Made by a program: the position numbers and the translations under genes. 64,000 bases of DNA from positions 22,878,001-22,942,000 of the forward strand of contig OX597822.1 in the NCBI GenBank assembly GCA_951406725.2, given 5' to 3'. The stretch comes from Octopus vulgaris. Taxonomy: Eukaryota. The notes below the pieces were generated by a model. It did not search any database. It worked only from the letters and a program-made list of their open reading frames with translations, and was not told the origin of the DNA. This document shows positions 51,772 through 64,000 of this stretch, piece by piece. The first letter of the stretch is position 1, and every line of letters begins with the position of its first letter.

Positions 51772-53937
51772 TTAAATGCTAAAGGGTTAATGAGCCTTTA
51801 GACTTGTCACAGACCTAAGAACTGTTGAGTAAAGAAACTATAACTTGTTAGAGCAGTTATGATGCTAAGATAACAGAGCAGTCATTGTTAATATTATATG
51901 ACCGAAAGGTGGCAAGCTGGCACCGGATAAAATGTTGGACAAAATGCTTAGCAGCATTTCTTCTGATATTGTTTTCAGTTCAAATGCTGCTGGTGTCAGC
52001 TTTGCCTTTTGTCCTTTCGGGGTTGATAAAATAAGTCCCAGTTGAACACTGAGGTTGATGTAACTGTCTGGTCCCCCCCCTGAAATTGCTGGCCTTGTGT
52101 TGTAAGTTGAAACCAATATTATATGACCAAGGCGTAACTGGGCAATCCTTTCTAATACTAATTAGACCAAGACGTAACAAAATATTCATTCATCATCATC
52201 ATCGTTTAGCGTTCACTTTCCATGCTAGCATGGGTTGGACGGTTCAACTGCAGTCTGGGAAGCCGGAAGGCTGCACCAGGCCCAGTTTGATCTGGCTATG
52301 TTTCTACAGCTGGATGCCCTTCCTAACGCCAACCACTCCGTGAGTGTAGTGGGTGCTTTTTACATGCCACCGGCACAGGTACCAGACGAGGCTGTTAACA
52401 TTAATTATATAAACCAAGACATAATAGAGCTATCGTTGTTCATATTTGTTATATGACCAGACATAACAAAGCAATCATTGTTGAGGCCAAGACATAACTA
52501 AGTAATCATTGTTAATGTCACTAAAAGAAGCGGCGAGATGGCAGAATTGTTACCATTCCAAGCAAAATGTTTGGTGGCATTTTGTCCATCTTTACGTTCT
52601 GAGTTCAAATTCCGCTGAGGGCATCTTTGCCTTTCATCCTTTTGGGGTTGATAAAATAAGTACCATTTAAGCACTGGGATTGATATAATCGATTTAGCCC
52701 CCTCCCCACAAATTCCAGACTTTGTGCTTATAGTAGAAAGGATTATTAATATCACTGAAGATTGGCTCTTTGGATACATTTTTGTAAAATATCTAGCAAT
52801 TTGTCAATTCCTTCTTAGCCATTCTTTAGTATGCTGTTTTGTTCCCAAGAATAGTCTTATATAAAAAAAATTGTCTTGTGTGATAGGAATTTGTAATAAG
52901 AAAGAAAAAACAATTTATGAATGAGTTCCTTGGTGGGAGTTTGGCAAGATGAAGCCTTGTAGATTGATACTATTTTGCAGTCCTTGTTCAATATATGCCT
53001 CTATTGAACTGTTAATGATAACACTGTGTAACGTGAGTTTTGTCCTTTGGTAGCAACTGTTCTTTCCTATTTCTTTACCCCTAGAAAGTATGAAAAATAG
53101 CTACTATTTCCTTTAAACTTTGCTTTTGTTACATTTATTCAAGTCCCAAAGTATCCCTCTGAAAACATGGCTATGATGCTCCCTAAATACTCTTGCTCAT
53201 GATCAGAGATGCACATACTGTCTGCCACCAAGGGACGTGCTCAACTAGTTAAGGTCAAGCAACTGACAAACAAATCTGTGGTGTTGAGTAGAATATTTAC
53301 TGTAGCAATATTTCTGCTTCAGCCACTCAGTGCTGAATCTGTCTGAAATGATAATGGAAAATAGTTGCAGGAGTGGCTGTGTGGTAAGTAGCTTGCTAAC
53401 CAACCACATGGTTCCGGGTTCAATCCCACTGCGTGGCATCTTGGGCAAGTGTCTTCTGCTATAGCCCCGGGCCGACCAATGCCTTGTGAGTGGATTTGGT
53501 AGACGGAAACTGAAAGAAGCCTGTCGTATATATGTATATATATATATATGTGTGTGTGTGTGTTTGTGTGTCTGTGTTTGTCCCCCTAGTATTGCTTGAC
53601 AACCGATGCTAGTGTGTTTATGTCCCCATCACTTAGCGGTTCGGCAAAAAGAGACCGATAGAATAAGTACTGAGCTTACAAAGAATAAGTCCCGGGGTCG
53701 ATTTGCTCGACTAAAGGCGGTGCTCCAGCATGGCCGCAGTCAAATGACTGAAACAAGTAAAAGAGTAAAGAGTTTCAAAACATTGATGTCCAGGTCACAA
53801 AAGCAAAGTTTGAAGGGAATAATAGTCATTTTCTTTGATTTCTAGATAAGAAGCAAATAGGAATGTTACTTATAAAACCAAAAATAAATAAATAAATTAC
53901 ACAGTGTAATCATTATATTTTTATTTTGTACTTTCAG

Positions 53938-54021
53938 GACAAGTAGACAAATGGGTTTTAACCAGACGGTTTTTCCTCGTTGACAATGTGTCTACTCGGA
54001 AATTGGTGAAACCAGGAAATG
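53938..54021 (+). CDS. TMEM67: TMEM67 exon 12
   Basis: (G)QVDKWVLTRRFFLVDNVSTRKLVKPGN contains the hallmark KW.LTRR.FLVD; G|gtgtgt. Confidence 0.93.
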
Positions 54022-54604
54022 GTGTGTATTATATATAATTATGTATTTTGTTTTGTAAAGTGTTTTATGTGGAGATTGAGTGAATTATTACAGTTATCAT
54101 CATCATCGTTGTTTTAAAGCTTGCATGGGTCAGATGGGCGCATGTTGTGGCAAAGATTCCTATGACCAGATGCCTCTCTTGTTTTCAAGTGTGGAAATAA
54201 TCTCACAGTCTATCAAACAACAAACAACCTGGACATGCTTTTGCAGTGGACTGCAAGCAAGGGTAGCTGTCCTTATGAACAGTAGTGCTTTTGGCTATGA
54301 TCAGCAAACACACATGAAGAGGAAAGAAATATGAAGGACCTTTTTCTCTCTCTCATGTGTGTGTTTACATCATAAGAATTTAGAAACTTTGAAAGACATG
54401 AAGTAAATTATTTTTAATGGCAGTACTTGAGTTCCATCCTAAAAAATAATTTACTTATATAATCATCATTTAAAGTCTGTCTCCTATGCTTGCATGGGTT
54501 GGGCAGTTTAACTGGAGCTAGCAAGCCAGAAGTCTGCACCAAGCTCCACTGTCTGTTTTAGCCTGGTTTTTATGGTTGGATGCTCTTCCTAATGCCAACC
54601 ACTT

Positions 54605-54641
<37 letters not shown>

Positions 54642-56132
54642 GAAAAGCTTCTTTCAACTTCCGTCTATCAAATCCACTCACAAGGCTTTGGTCAGCCCAA
54701 GATACTTGCCCCAGGAGGCAAGCTGAAGGACTGAACCCAAAACTACATCATTAGGAAGTGAATTTCTTATGCATAAAGCCATGCCTGGACTTATTCTCTA
54801 TGAAAATTCATTAAAATGATCTTTCTCTCACTTGCTCTCTTGTTACTTAACTACAGCAGCCTCACCGTCACCCCATTTTCTATCATTCACTTTCAGCACA
54901 TTCTCTTAGCACAGAAGTAGCTAGCTATTGTTGCTATCCACTTCTCTGTTAAGAGTAAGTCTACAGCTTAATATCAGAGCCATTACATACCAAAAATAAC
55001 TTACAACTTTGCATCTTCCATACAATACGTCAGACTCCGGAATTGCTGTATCACTCACTTCTTGCAGACAGCATAACCAAAACAATATGTCCCCTTTGTA
55101 CTCGTTTCAATCACTGGACTGTGGCATTGTTGGCATGTTGCATTGAAAGGTTTTTTTGTCAAAGAAATCCACCGCCCGACCCCCACCCCTGCTGTACTTA
55201 TTTCTTTAAAAGTCTGATACTTATTCTTCTGGCCTCTTTTGCTGAACTGTTAAGTTATAAGGATGTAAACAAGCCAATACCAATTATCAAGCAATGGTAG
55301 CAAGGACAAATACAAAGACTCACACACACACATGTGCATTTATACACACACATTTATATTTGACTGGTATCCATCTACCAGATTAACTCACAAGTCATTG
55401 GTCAGCCTGAGACTGTTATATAAGACGTGTCCCAAGTACATTGTAGTGGGACTGAACCTGAAACCACATGTGGTTACAAAATGACCATAACCGTACGGCC
55501 ATGCTTGCATTGTGTAGACAAACCTTAACAGCATTTCAATTGAGGTCATCGTCATCATCGTTTAACGTCTGCTTTCCATGCTAGCATGGGTTGGACGATT
55601 TTCACTGAGGGCTGGCGAACTAGATGGCTGCACCAGGCTCCAACCTTGATTTGGCAGAGTTTCTACAGCTGGATACCCTTCCTAACGCCAACCACTCTGA
55701 GAGTGACCAACCACTCTGAGAGTGACCAACCACTCTGGGAGTCTTATAAATAAATAATGGTTATTATCACCAATAAATATTGTACAAGCAAATCCCATAA
55801 CCCAGTCTTCAGTAGCATGTTAATACATTTTGGTGCTTTCATATAGTAGAAGACATTTGTCCCAGGAGCCATACTTTGGGATTGGACCCAAAATTATATG
55901 GTTGGGAGGCAGACTTAACCACAGTCATACCTGTGTCTTTCAGTTGTGCTACAATTCTTTCTGTTAATTTCGTAACCTACTTCATTACTTTGGTGTCTCT
56001 AATGTCACTTTTTGTTTTCTAGTGTTTCTACTTTACCCTTACAGCAGTTGCTGATTGATTATAACTGCTATGTCAGTCATTGGATTGACACCTTTCTTTA
56101 CTAGCTGACTGCTCATGTGAGTGACTAGCATA

Positions 56133-56345
56133 TGAGGGGGTACTGAAAAGTTCCTGGCTTTAAGGGTATCACAAAAGGCCTGGTTGGAGGCCCAACCTTC
56201 TGAGTTCTTTTACAGGGCTTGGAAAAACTGAAGGACCACTGCAATAAGTGTGTAAATCTGAGAGACGATTATGTTGAATAAAATCATAACTGATCTTCCT
56301 GTATTTTCTTTTACCCAGAGCCAGGAACTTTTCAGCAACCCCTTG
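56133..56345. mobile_element. Mariner-derived MITE
   Basis: TA-flanked TIRs tgagggggtactgaaaagttcctggct / agccaggaacttttcagcaaccccttg; retains the transposase C-terminus NKCVNLRDDYVE*. Confidence 0.85.
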
Positions 56346-57347
56346 TATATCTTACTTATTACTTTACTACCCACAAGGGGCTAAACACAGAGAGGACAAA
56401 CAAGGACAGACAAACGGATTAATTCGATTATATCGACTCCAGTGCGTGACTAGTACTTATTTAATCGACCCCGAAAGGATGAAAGGCAAAGTCGACCTCG
56501 GTGGAATTTGAACTCAGAACGTAGTGGCAGACGAAATACCGCTAAACATTTCACCCGGCGTGCTAACGTTTCTACCAGCTCGCCGCCTTATATATCTTGT
56601 GTATCTTACTTGTATATCTTACTAAACTCTATAGTGCATAGCACGCGCGCACACACACACATTTCATGCGGATAAAGGTTAAACTTAAATCTGTTTATTT
56701 TGTGACAATATTTACAAATTTATCGGTATGAGTAAAATATCCTTTATATTTATTTCTATTTGTGTTATTGAGTTGACTGTCAGGAAAGTAAATCAAGACC
56801 TGATATTAGTTATGCTCCAGTAATTTTTTTATCCCTTTGTATCGTTTAGTAAAACTGTCATTACACATGAATGTCTGATCATGGATCGGACTTCATTGGT
56901 CACACCGTAAGTGAAACTGATAATTTGTACAAGGCTCTACCAATTATAACACTTGTATATGCTTCACTGTTGTTATAATTGCTAGTTTCTTGTATAAATG
57001 TGTAAATTCCTTAATAAGTGCATGCTTTTGTTTGGTATTAAATTTTTCTCTCCATTTTATTATGTACATCGTCGTTTTTTTTTAAACGTCACTTATCTGT
57101 GCTTGCGTAGGTCAAATGGATGTTTGTTGAGGCAGATTTTCTAAGGCTGGATGCCCTTTCTGTTGCCATTCCTCACTGGTTTCCAAGCAAAGTAATATTT
57201 CCCTATGACAGGACGTATTTTCTTGGAAGATTAAAAATGAGTGAGGGTGGGGGGGCATTGCTTGAATAATGACGACACTGGTTTATAACTGTTGCATGAT
57301 GTTAAAACAAAGAGGCACATCCTCGTGTATATATATATATATATATA

Positions 57348-57827
57348 TCATCATCATCATCGTTTAACGTCCGCTTCCCATGCTAGCATGGGTTGGACGA
57401 CTTGACTGAAGTCTGGCGAACTAGATGGCTGCATCAGGTTCAAGTCTGATCTAGCAGAGTTTCTACAGCTGGATGCCCTTCCTAATGCCAACCACTCCAA
57501 GAGTATAGTGGGTGCTTTTATGTTCCACCGGCACAAGGCCCAGTCAGGCAGTACTGGCAATGGCCATGCTCAAATGGTGCTTTTTATGTGTCACCTGCAC
57601 AGAAGCCAGTCCAGTGGCACTGGCAACGACCTCACTTGAATGTTTTTTCATGTGCCACCAGCACAAGTGCCAGTAAGGCGACGCAGGTAACGATTATGCT
57701 CGAATGGTGCTTTTTATGTGCCACCGTCACGGAAGCCAGTTTGTTACTCTGGCAACGATCACGCTTGGATGGTACTCTTAGTGTTCCACTAGCACGGATG
57801 CCAGTCATCGAATTTGATTTCAATTTC
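57348..57827 (-). mobile_element. RTE-tail element with arrayed GTGCC(G/A)GTGGCAC hairpin units; similar copies ~41503-41893 (+) and 63524-64000 (-)
   Basis: Shares the ...ggcgttaggaagggcatccagc...(GAT)n end with the RTE LINE but has no ORF. Confidence 0.8.
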
Positions 57828-57845
57828 TATATATATATATATATA

Positions 57846-58135
57846 TATCACCGTGACCGACCAGGCTATCAGATGTTGCTACACATCGCTGGTCACAATG
57901 CACTTTGCATTGTTTTAGCCTTCAAATGACGCCACCCTGCTGGCTAAGCAAGCAGGTCAACAGAAGAAAGAGTGAGAGAAAGTTGTGGCGAAAGAGTACA
58001 GCAGGGATCGCCACCACCCCCTGCTGGAGCCTCGTGGAGCTTTAGGTGTTTTTGCTCAATAAACATTCACAACGCCCAGTCTGGGAATCGAAACCGCGAG
58101 TCTGCTGCACTAACCACTGGGCCATTGTGCCTCCA
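57846..58135 (-). mobile_element. SINE family C (tRNA-derived)
   Basis: minus strand: tggcccagtggttag (A box) ... gtttcgattccc (B box); a fragment also at ~30790-30843. Confidence 0.7.
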
Positions 58136-59084
58136 CACACACACCCACATATATTGATTTTCTGTAATTTCAGTTTATCTTAAGTACACCTATACCACAG
58201 AAGATATCATCACTATCATCGTTTCTAACATTCATTTCTAATGTCCAATTATTTTGATGCATGGGTTGGATGGAATTTGTTGTAGAGGGTGGATGCTTTT
58301 CCTGTCACTGATACTCACCTCTATTCAAATAAGGTAACATTTCCCCATAATCAGATATGTTTTCACAGAATATTGGAAACCAAGGACACTGCTTGCATGA
58401 TGGTGACACTCGTTTACAGCTATCATGTGATATCAAGATATGGGGACAGTAGTGCACACACACACACACTTATATATTCAATATACATGTCCATATCACA
58501 GGCTTTCAGTTTCAGTCTAGTAAATCCACTCATAAGGCTTTACTATAGTAGAAGACATTAGCCCAAGGTGCCATGCAGTGGGATTGAACCTGGAACCATG
58601 TGGTTAGGAAGCAAACTTCTCACCACACAGCTTTGATTTTAGTGAACTGGATATTGTTAGTGCGGTCTCATCTGGGACCTTATAGTTTCATGTGGTTGGG
58701 AAAAGACTCCTCACACAGCTTTGATTTTAATGAACTGACACCATTTGAGTGTGGCTTACTGGCCCTCGTGCCAGTGGCATGTAAAAGCACCCACTACACT
58801 CTTGGAGTGGTTGGCATTAGGAAGGGCATCCAGCAGTAGAAACTCTGCCAGATCAGGTTGGAGCCTGGTGCAGCCAGCATGGAAAGCGAACGTTAAACTA
58901 TGATGATAATGATGATGATGATGGATATCTTCTGTTCAGTCTTGTCTGGGATTGCACTGTATTTTATCTTCCAATGCTTGTTAGTTGTGCTGTTAGGGGC
59001 TTGTGGCTGTTGGAACTCATTGATCTTACCTTTTTGTCCCAAAATACTTGATTCTAGATTCAAATGTTATTGTTTCTCTTGCAG

Positions 59085-59236
59085 TTTATGTCAATAACTA
59101 CGTACGATTTGCTCAGTACATGAAGTTTGTCTTCCGACTGCAACCCACGAAAAATGGCCTCATTTATCCTCCATATTTGAAAATTGTGTACGGCGAAAGG
59201 TCTTGGGCTTCTGCAGTTGCACTCAGTAATGTCCCG
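59085..59236 (+). CDS. TMEM67: TMEM67 exon 13
   Basis: (V)YVNNYVRFAQYMKFVFRLQPTKNGLIYPPYLKIVYG...NVP contains the hallmark NG.IYPP...I.Y; |gtttgt. Confidence 0.92.
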
Positions 59237-59549
59237 GTTTGTATTTTTGAGTTATCTTTTATTTATTTCCCTTTTATCTTTTACTTGTTTCAGTCATAGG
59301 TCTGTGGCCATGCTAGGGCAACACCTTGAAAAGTTTAAGTCGAGCAGTTTGACCACCCCCAGTATTTTTTTTATTTTTTGGTTTTAATCTGAGACTTGGT
59401 CTCTTTTGCTGAATTGCTAAGTTACAGGGAGGTAAATAAACCAGGACTGGTTATCAGGCAGGTGGTGGTGGTGATTGTGTGTGTATAACAAACTGAAACA
59501 CAAAAGACAAACACACACTTATATCTATCTGTCTACCCATCTACCGACC

Positions 59550-60280
59550 AACCGACTGGGTGGCCGGCTGGACGGATGTGTTGTTGCATCGGCTCCGAAG
59601 GTAATCGCCTTTTTCGACCTTTTATTGCACATATTTTGTTTTAATTTTTGTACACAAGGTGTGTGAAGCACCCAACTATTGTTTGAGTGTGTGTTCAAGG
59701 GAGGAATTGGTCCCTAGGGTCAGTTTCAACCCTATTTAAATTTCTTTTTTTTTTCTCGACTGAAAAAATTTGAGAAATTTCATAGTGGGACGCTGGTTAA
59801 ATTCATTCATGCACCAGCATTTCCCTAGCCTTGAAACACTTGGAGAAAAAAAGAATAACTCCTGCACACACACACACTCTAATACAACTACAGACATGGA
59901 AAACACAAACAAATCAAAGGCAAATTTGAGAGATGTGAAAGTGAACGCTGTCAACATCTTTGATACTGCGACCGTAATCGTTAACACCCCTGTCACCACC
60001 AACAACAATAACAGCGAAATCATCACAAAGCCGTCCACCGTGACCTCCATCAAAGACAGTACTGCCAACACTACTACTACAACTAACACCTCTGCTACCA
60101 ACACTACCACCAATACCAAGGACAAAACAAATTTCGCCGAAGCGATAAAACAAAAAAGAACAATCGTGAAATTCACTGCAGAAGAAATAAACAACACAAA
60201 GGCGCTTCTTAGCAAAGAAGGAGATAATTTACATCTCCAAATGCAAAAACATATCATAGAAAACACACAAAAAAGAACAT
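59550..60280 (+). mobile_element. Probable 5' end of a LINE (GC-rich leader and ORF1 N-terminus)
   Basis: Thr/Asn-rich ORF 59895-60280 with an 'NFAEAIK' gag/ORF1-like motif, cut off by an RTE-tail fragment; family not identifiable. Confidence 0.4.
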
Positions 60281-60910
60281 CATCATCGTCGTTTAGCGTC
60301 CGCTTTCCAAGCTGGCATGGGTTGGACGGCTCAAATATATAAAAGGGTTACTTACCTTCTAATTTTTACATTATCCTGAATCATTTCTCATTTTATAGGT
60401 GCAGGCATAACTGTGTGGCTAAGAAGTTAGTTTTGTAATCTTGGGTTCAATCCCACCATGTGGCACTTTGGTCAAATGCCTTCTGCTTTAGCCTCGGTCT
60501 GGCCAAAGCCTTGGGAATTGATTTGGTAGATGGAAACTGTAAGGAGCCTCTGTGTGTGTGTGTGTACTTTTGCTTTGACATCATGTGATGGTTGTAAATG
60601 AACATCACTTATACAAGCAGTGTTGTTTGTTCCCAGACTTCAATGAAAAACATGTCTGGCTGTGGGGTAAATATTAGCTTAGAAACAGGTGAGGAATGGT
60701 GATAGGAAATTGCATCAAGCCATCAAAAATCTGCCCCCTCCCAAATTCCATCTGACCCATGCAATCATGGAAAAGTGGATGTTAAATGATGATTTTTGGT
60801 CTATCATATTCTTTCTGTTATTACATCAGGTAATATGATAATATGTGTATTTTTTTGGATGGTTACATAGAAACAATACTCTAGCAAAGAATATTTGTCT
60901 CCTTTTTCAG

Positions 60911-61165
60911 ATAATATTCAAATCTGAATATCTACAAGATGAAACTGGTATTGAAAACAGCATCAATATAGCTTTTGGAACATTGAGTGTCTTTGCAATA
61001 ATCTACGCTGGTTTTAATACATGGGCATGGTCAAAGAGATCGGCACGCATTTCTATAGACTTTGCCACATTGGTTAACCTGTTTCTTAACATGTGTGCTT
61101 CACTTGGTAGTGTCTTCTTCTTTACAATACTTGGCATTGGTATATATTTTCTTCTCTTCTTCAAA
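60911..61165 (+). CDS. TMEM67: TMEM67 exon 14 (first two transmembrane helices); gene continues beyond the window
   Basis: IIFKSEY...IAFGTLSVFA...WSKRS...IDFATLVNLF...GIYFLLFFK (cf. 'GLYWLIFFK'); AAA|gtaagt. Confidence 0.95.
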
Positions 61166-61237
61166 GTAAGTAAAACAAATTTTTTTCTTTCCTTTTTTGT
61201 GATGCATGAGAAATTTATTGTCAGTGGCGAGGAAATA

Positions 61238-62847
61238 TTGGGTCATCCCATAAATTGAGACCCCCTTCAGTCATGACTGACCGTGGGATTGCACCTAGAA
61301 AGTTACCCTCCCAGGCACAAGTCAAGGCAAGGTTGTTTATGGAAGACCAGCAGTTACCCATGCATACCAGCCTCCCCTCTCCATGCCACCAGTGTTATCT
61401 AAGGGAAAGGCAACAGCAGATACAGCTTGGCACCTGTGACATCGCTACTCATTTCTATAGCTGAGTGAACTGGAGCAACGTGAAATAAAGTGTCTTGCTC
61501 AAGAACACAACACGCAGCCCAGTCCGGGATTCGAACTCACAACCTCACGATCGTAAGCTCGACGCTCTGACCACTGAGCCATGTGCCTTCACCATCCCAT
61601 AAATAATGTGTTTTTTTATACTTTTATTTTTCAAAATTAAGATAAAGTTCTTTTTTAATCTAAAATATACTCTTCTTCATTTTCTACAATGCTATTCCAT
61701 CTATCTGGTAGGCTTGCAAGGCCTCTCTTTCAAAATTCACTTGTCTGTTATGAAAAATACTCCTCCAGTATTGTTCTGACCTTGCCTACAGAATTCATAT
61801 TTTTTCTGTCCAAATGATTTTGAAGACTGGAATAAATGATAATCAGATGGGGCAATGTCTGGCAAATATGGTGAGCTGAGGCATCATTTCCCATTGAAAC
61901 TGCTCCAGCCATTGGAATGTCATCCTTGCTGTATGTGGCTGAGCATTATCCTGATGGAAGAACACCTTTTGTCTTGAAACCAAAGATGGTCGTTTTTCTT
62001 CTACACTGACTTAAGCTGCTCTCAGTAGATCTTCTTTGTTATCGTTTGGTTTGGATTTAAAAGTTAAGGTGGACTAAACCTTTTATATCCCGCCAAACAG
62101 ATAACAACACCTTATGTGGATGAAGACCTTCTTTAGCCTGGGGTGCCAGTGTTTCTCCTTTCCCTACCCATTGTCTTTGGCACTTGATATTTTTACAGAA
62201 AGCCCATTTCTTGTCACCAGTCACTATGTAGTCCAAAACAGGTTCATTCATGAGACATGACAGCAAAGAAGAGCACACATTCACTCTCTGCATGCGATTA
62301 GACTTGGAAAGTTTGTGAGGAACCCATTGACTCAATTTGCTGACTTTTCTGATGGCACACAGGTGATGATGAATGGTTAAATGACCAAATCCAAGCTTCT
62401 CTGCTAGTTTCTCAACACTTATGATAGGATTTTGTTCTACCAGAGTTTGCAGGACGTCCTTGTCAAGCTTTACAGATCTTCCAGGACGAGGCTCATCTAG
62501 GCTCTAGTTTCCGGCTTAGAATTTCTGGAACCACTGTTGACACTGGCTTACACTTATTGTCTGATCCCCGTATACTGTGTTAATATTCCTTACATTTTCT
62601 GTTGCATTGTTGCTTTTATTGAACTCAAAGCAAAATATGCCAAATATGCTCTTTTGTCACTTCCATAGCTTTGAAAAAAATAACTGTTAAAATCGAACTG
62701 TACTCTTCAAAACTTGCACTAAGAATAAGGACAATATAAAATCACTACCTGCTTTTATAGCATGTTGATACAGGTAGTTTATCCCATTCCCCTCCGACTT
62801 TTAGTTCATGCAATTGAAAAAATTACATTCTTTATGGGATGACCCAA
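61238..62847 (-). mobile_element. Decayed mariner transposon with TIRs, interrupted by a SINE
   Basis: TA-flanked TIRs ttgggtcatcccataaa / tttatgggatgacccaa; WVPHKL and IVTGDKKW transposase motifs; about 1.26 kb without the SINE. Confidence 0.92.
61256..61592 (-). mobile_element. tRNA-derived SINE inserted in the mariner TIR
   Basis: A/B boxes on minus strand (tggctcagtgg; gttcgaatcc); 12-bp TSD catcccataaat at 61244-61255 and 61593-61604. Confidence 0.9.
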
Positions 62848-64000
62848 TAAGATGTGTTGTTCATATCATTCTTGAAGTCATTAGGAGGTTAAATGAAATG
62901 AAGTGGATCCAGCAGAGAATAAAAAAAAAAGGATTGTTGATTGAATTTATTTGCATATTAATTATTAGACTCACAAAAATGTCAGCCAAAAATTAGTTTT
63001 ATCATTGCCACTGGTGTGTATATTTAGGGTACAAGGGCCATAGAATAATGGTAAGTTGTTAAAAAGTTGTCTGTAGTGAGGGTTCAGTTCTGTATAGTGT
63101 CATTTCACTTTTTTTTTTTACTCATCTTGTCTGTGGTATCCCAGCTGTAATCAATGGTCTACCAATAATGATGGTTAAGTTAAACCTGTTAGCATTTAAA
63201 CCAGCCATATCTCTCCCAAATATTCTACCTGTTTTATGTTCAGACTGCCAGATCCAACCTCTCATACCTACCCTACAGTGTCATTCTGAAAATATACAAA
63301 CACATAATTGGAATCTTGAAGCTACAAGATAATGCATGGTTAATTCAAAACAATACGAATGAATAAGATATATATTTAACAAAGAAACCTGAAAGCAAAA
63401 GGGTTAATCAAGTTGAGTGACCTCAGTATCTTAACCCTTTGGAGACAACAGGGCCAATCTGTTGGCCAAAAAGTCAAATGATGAAAAAAATTGTATTAAT
63501 TCATTCAATTTCCTACAAGAATCATCATCATCATTGTCATCATCGTTTAACGACCGTTTTCCATGCTAGCATGGGTTGGACGGTTCTACTGGGGTCTGGG
63601 AAGCCAGGAGGCTGCACCAAGCTCCAGTCTGATCTGGCAGTATTTCTACAGTTGGATGCTCTTCCTAATGCCAACCACTCCGTGAGTGTAGTGGGTGCTT
63701 TTTACATGCCTCTGGCACAGGTGCCAGGGGAGGTTGGCAATGGCCATGATCAGTTGGTGCTTTTTACATGCCACCGGCACAGAAGCCAGTCAAGGCAGCG
63801 CTGACATCGGCCACATTCGGATGGTGCTTTTTACGTGCCACTAGCACAGGTATCACAACTACAATTTCCATTTGATTTTTATTTTGATGTTGATGTACTT
63901 GACTCAGTAGGTCTCCTCAAGCGCAGCAGATCGCCCTACGATCCAAAGGTAAGCACAGTAGGCTGTCCTGCTATCCAAGGTACTTTTGATGGGCTGGGAC

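Noticed and set aside
61500-61592. tRNA-like sequences here and at other SINE heads
   Set aside because: Only A/B boxes of SINEs; no complete cloverleaf, and each is attached to a SINE body.

Overview
AT-rich, microsatellite- and transposon-dense animal genomic DNA. The SINE, RTE and Penelope repertoire resembles octopus/cephalopod genomes; this is an inference. The one host gene I can reconstruct is TMEM67/meckelin (MKS3) on the + strand: 14 phase-compatible exons from 23761 to 61165 give 1767 nt (589 codons), and the gene continues past the window. Its splicing is unusual, with two GC-AG introns and one clear U12-type (minor spliceosome) intron. Upstream are a TE-poor 6 kb block, a full-length but disabled RTE LINE with a PHD-like finger, a decayed Penelope-like element (PLE) carrying a Helitron and a 551-bp tandem duplication, and a CR1-type endonuclease fragment. 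The main hidden signal is a set of about 12 hammerhead-ribozyme-like motifs from several unrelated repeat families, mostly in fold-back (inverted) structures. These include two families with a CCGANGA (U4C) core, one with a 92-nt stem II extension, and a possible strand-permuted hammerhead at ~38858-38917. Ribozyme activity is predicted from sequence only.
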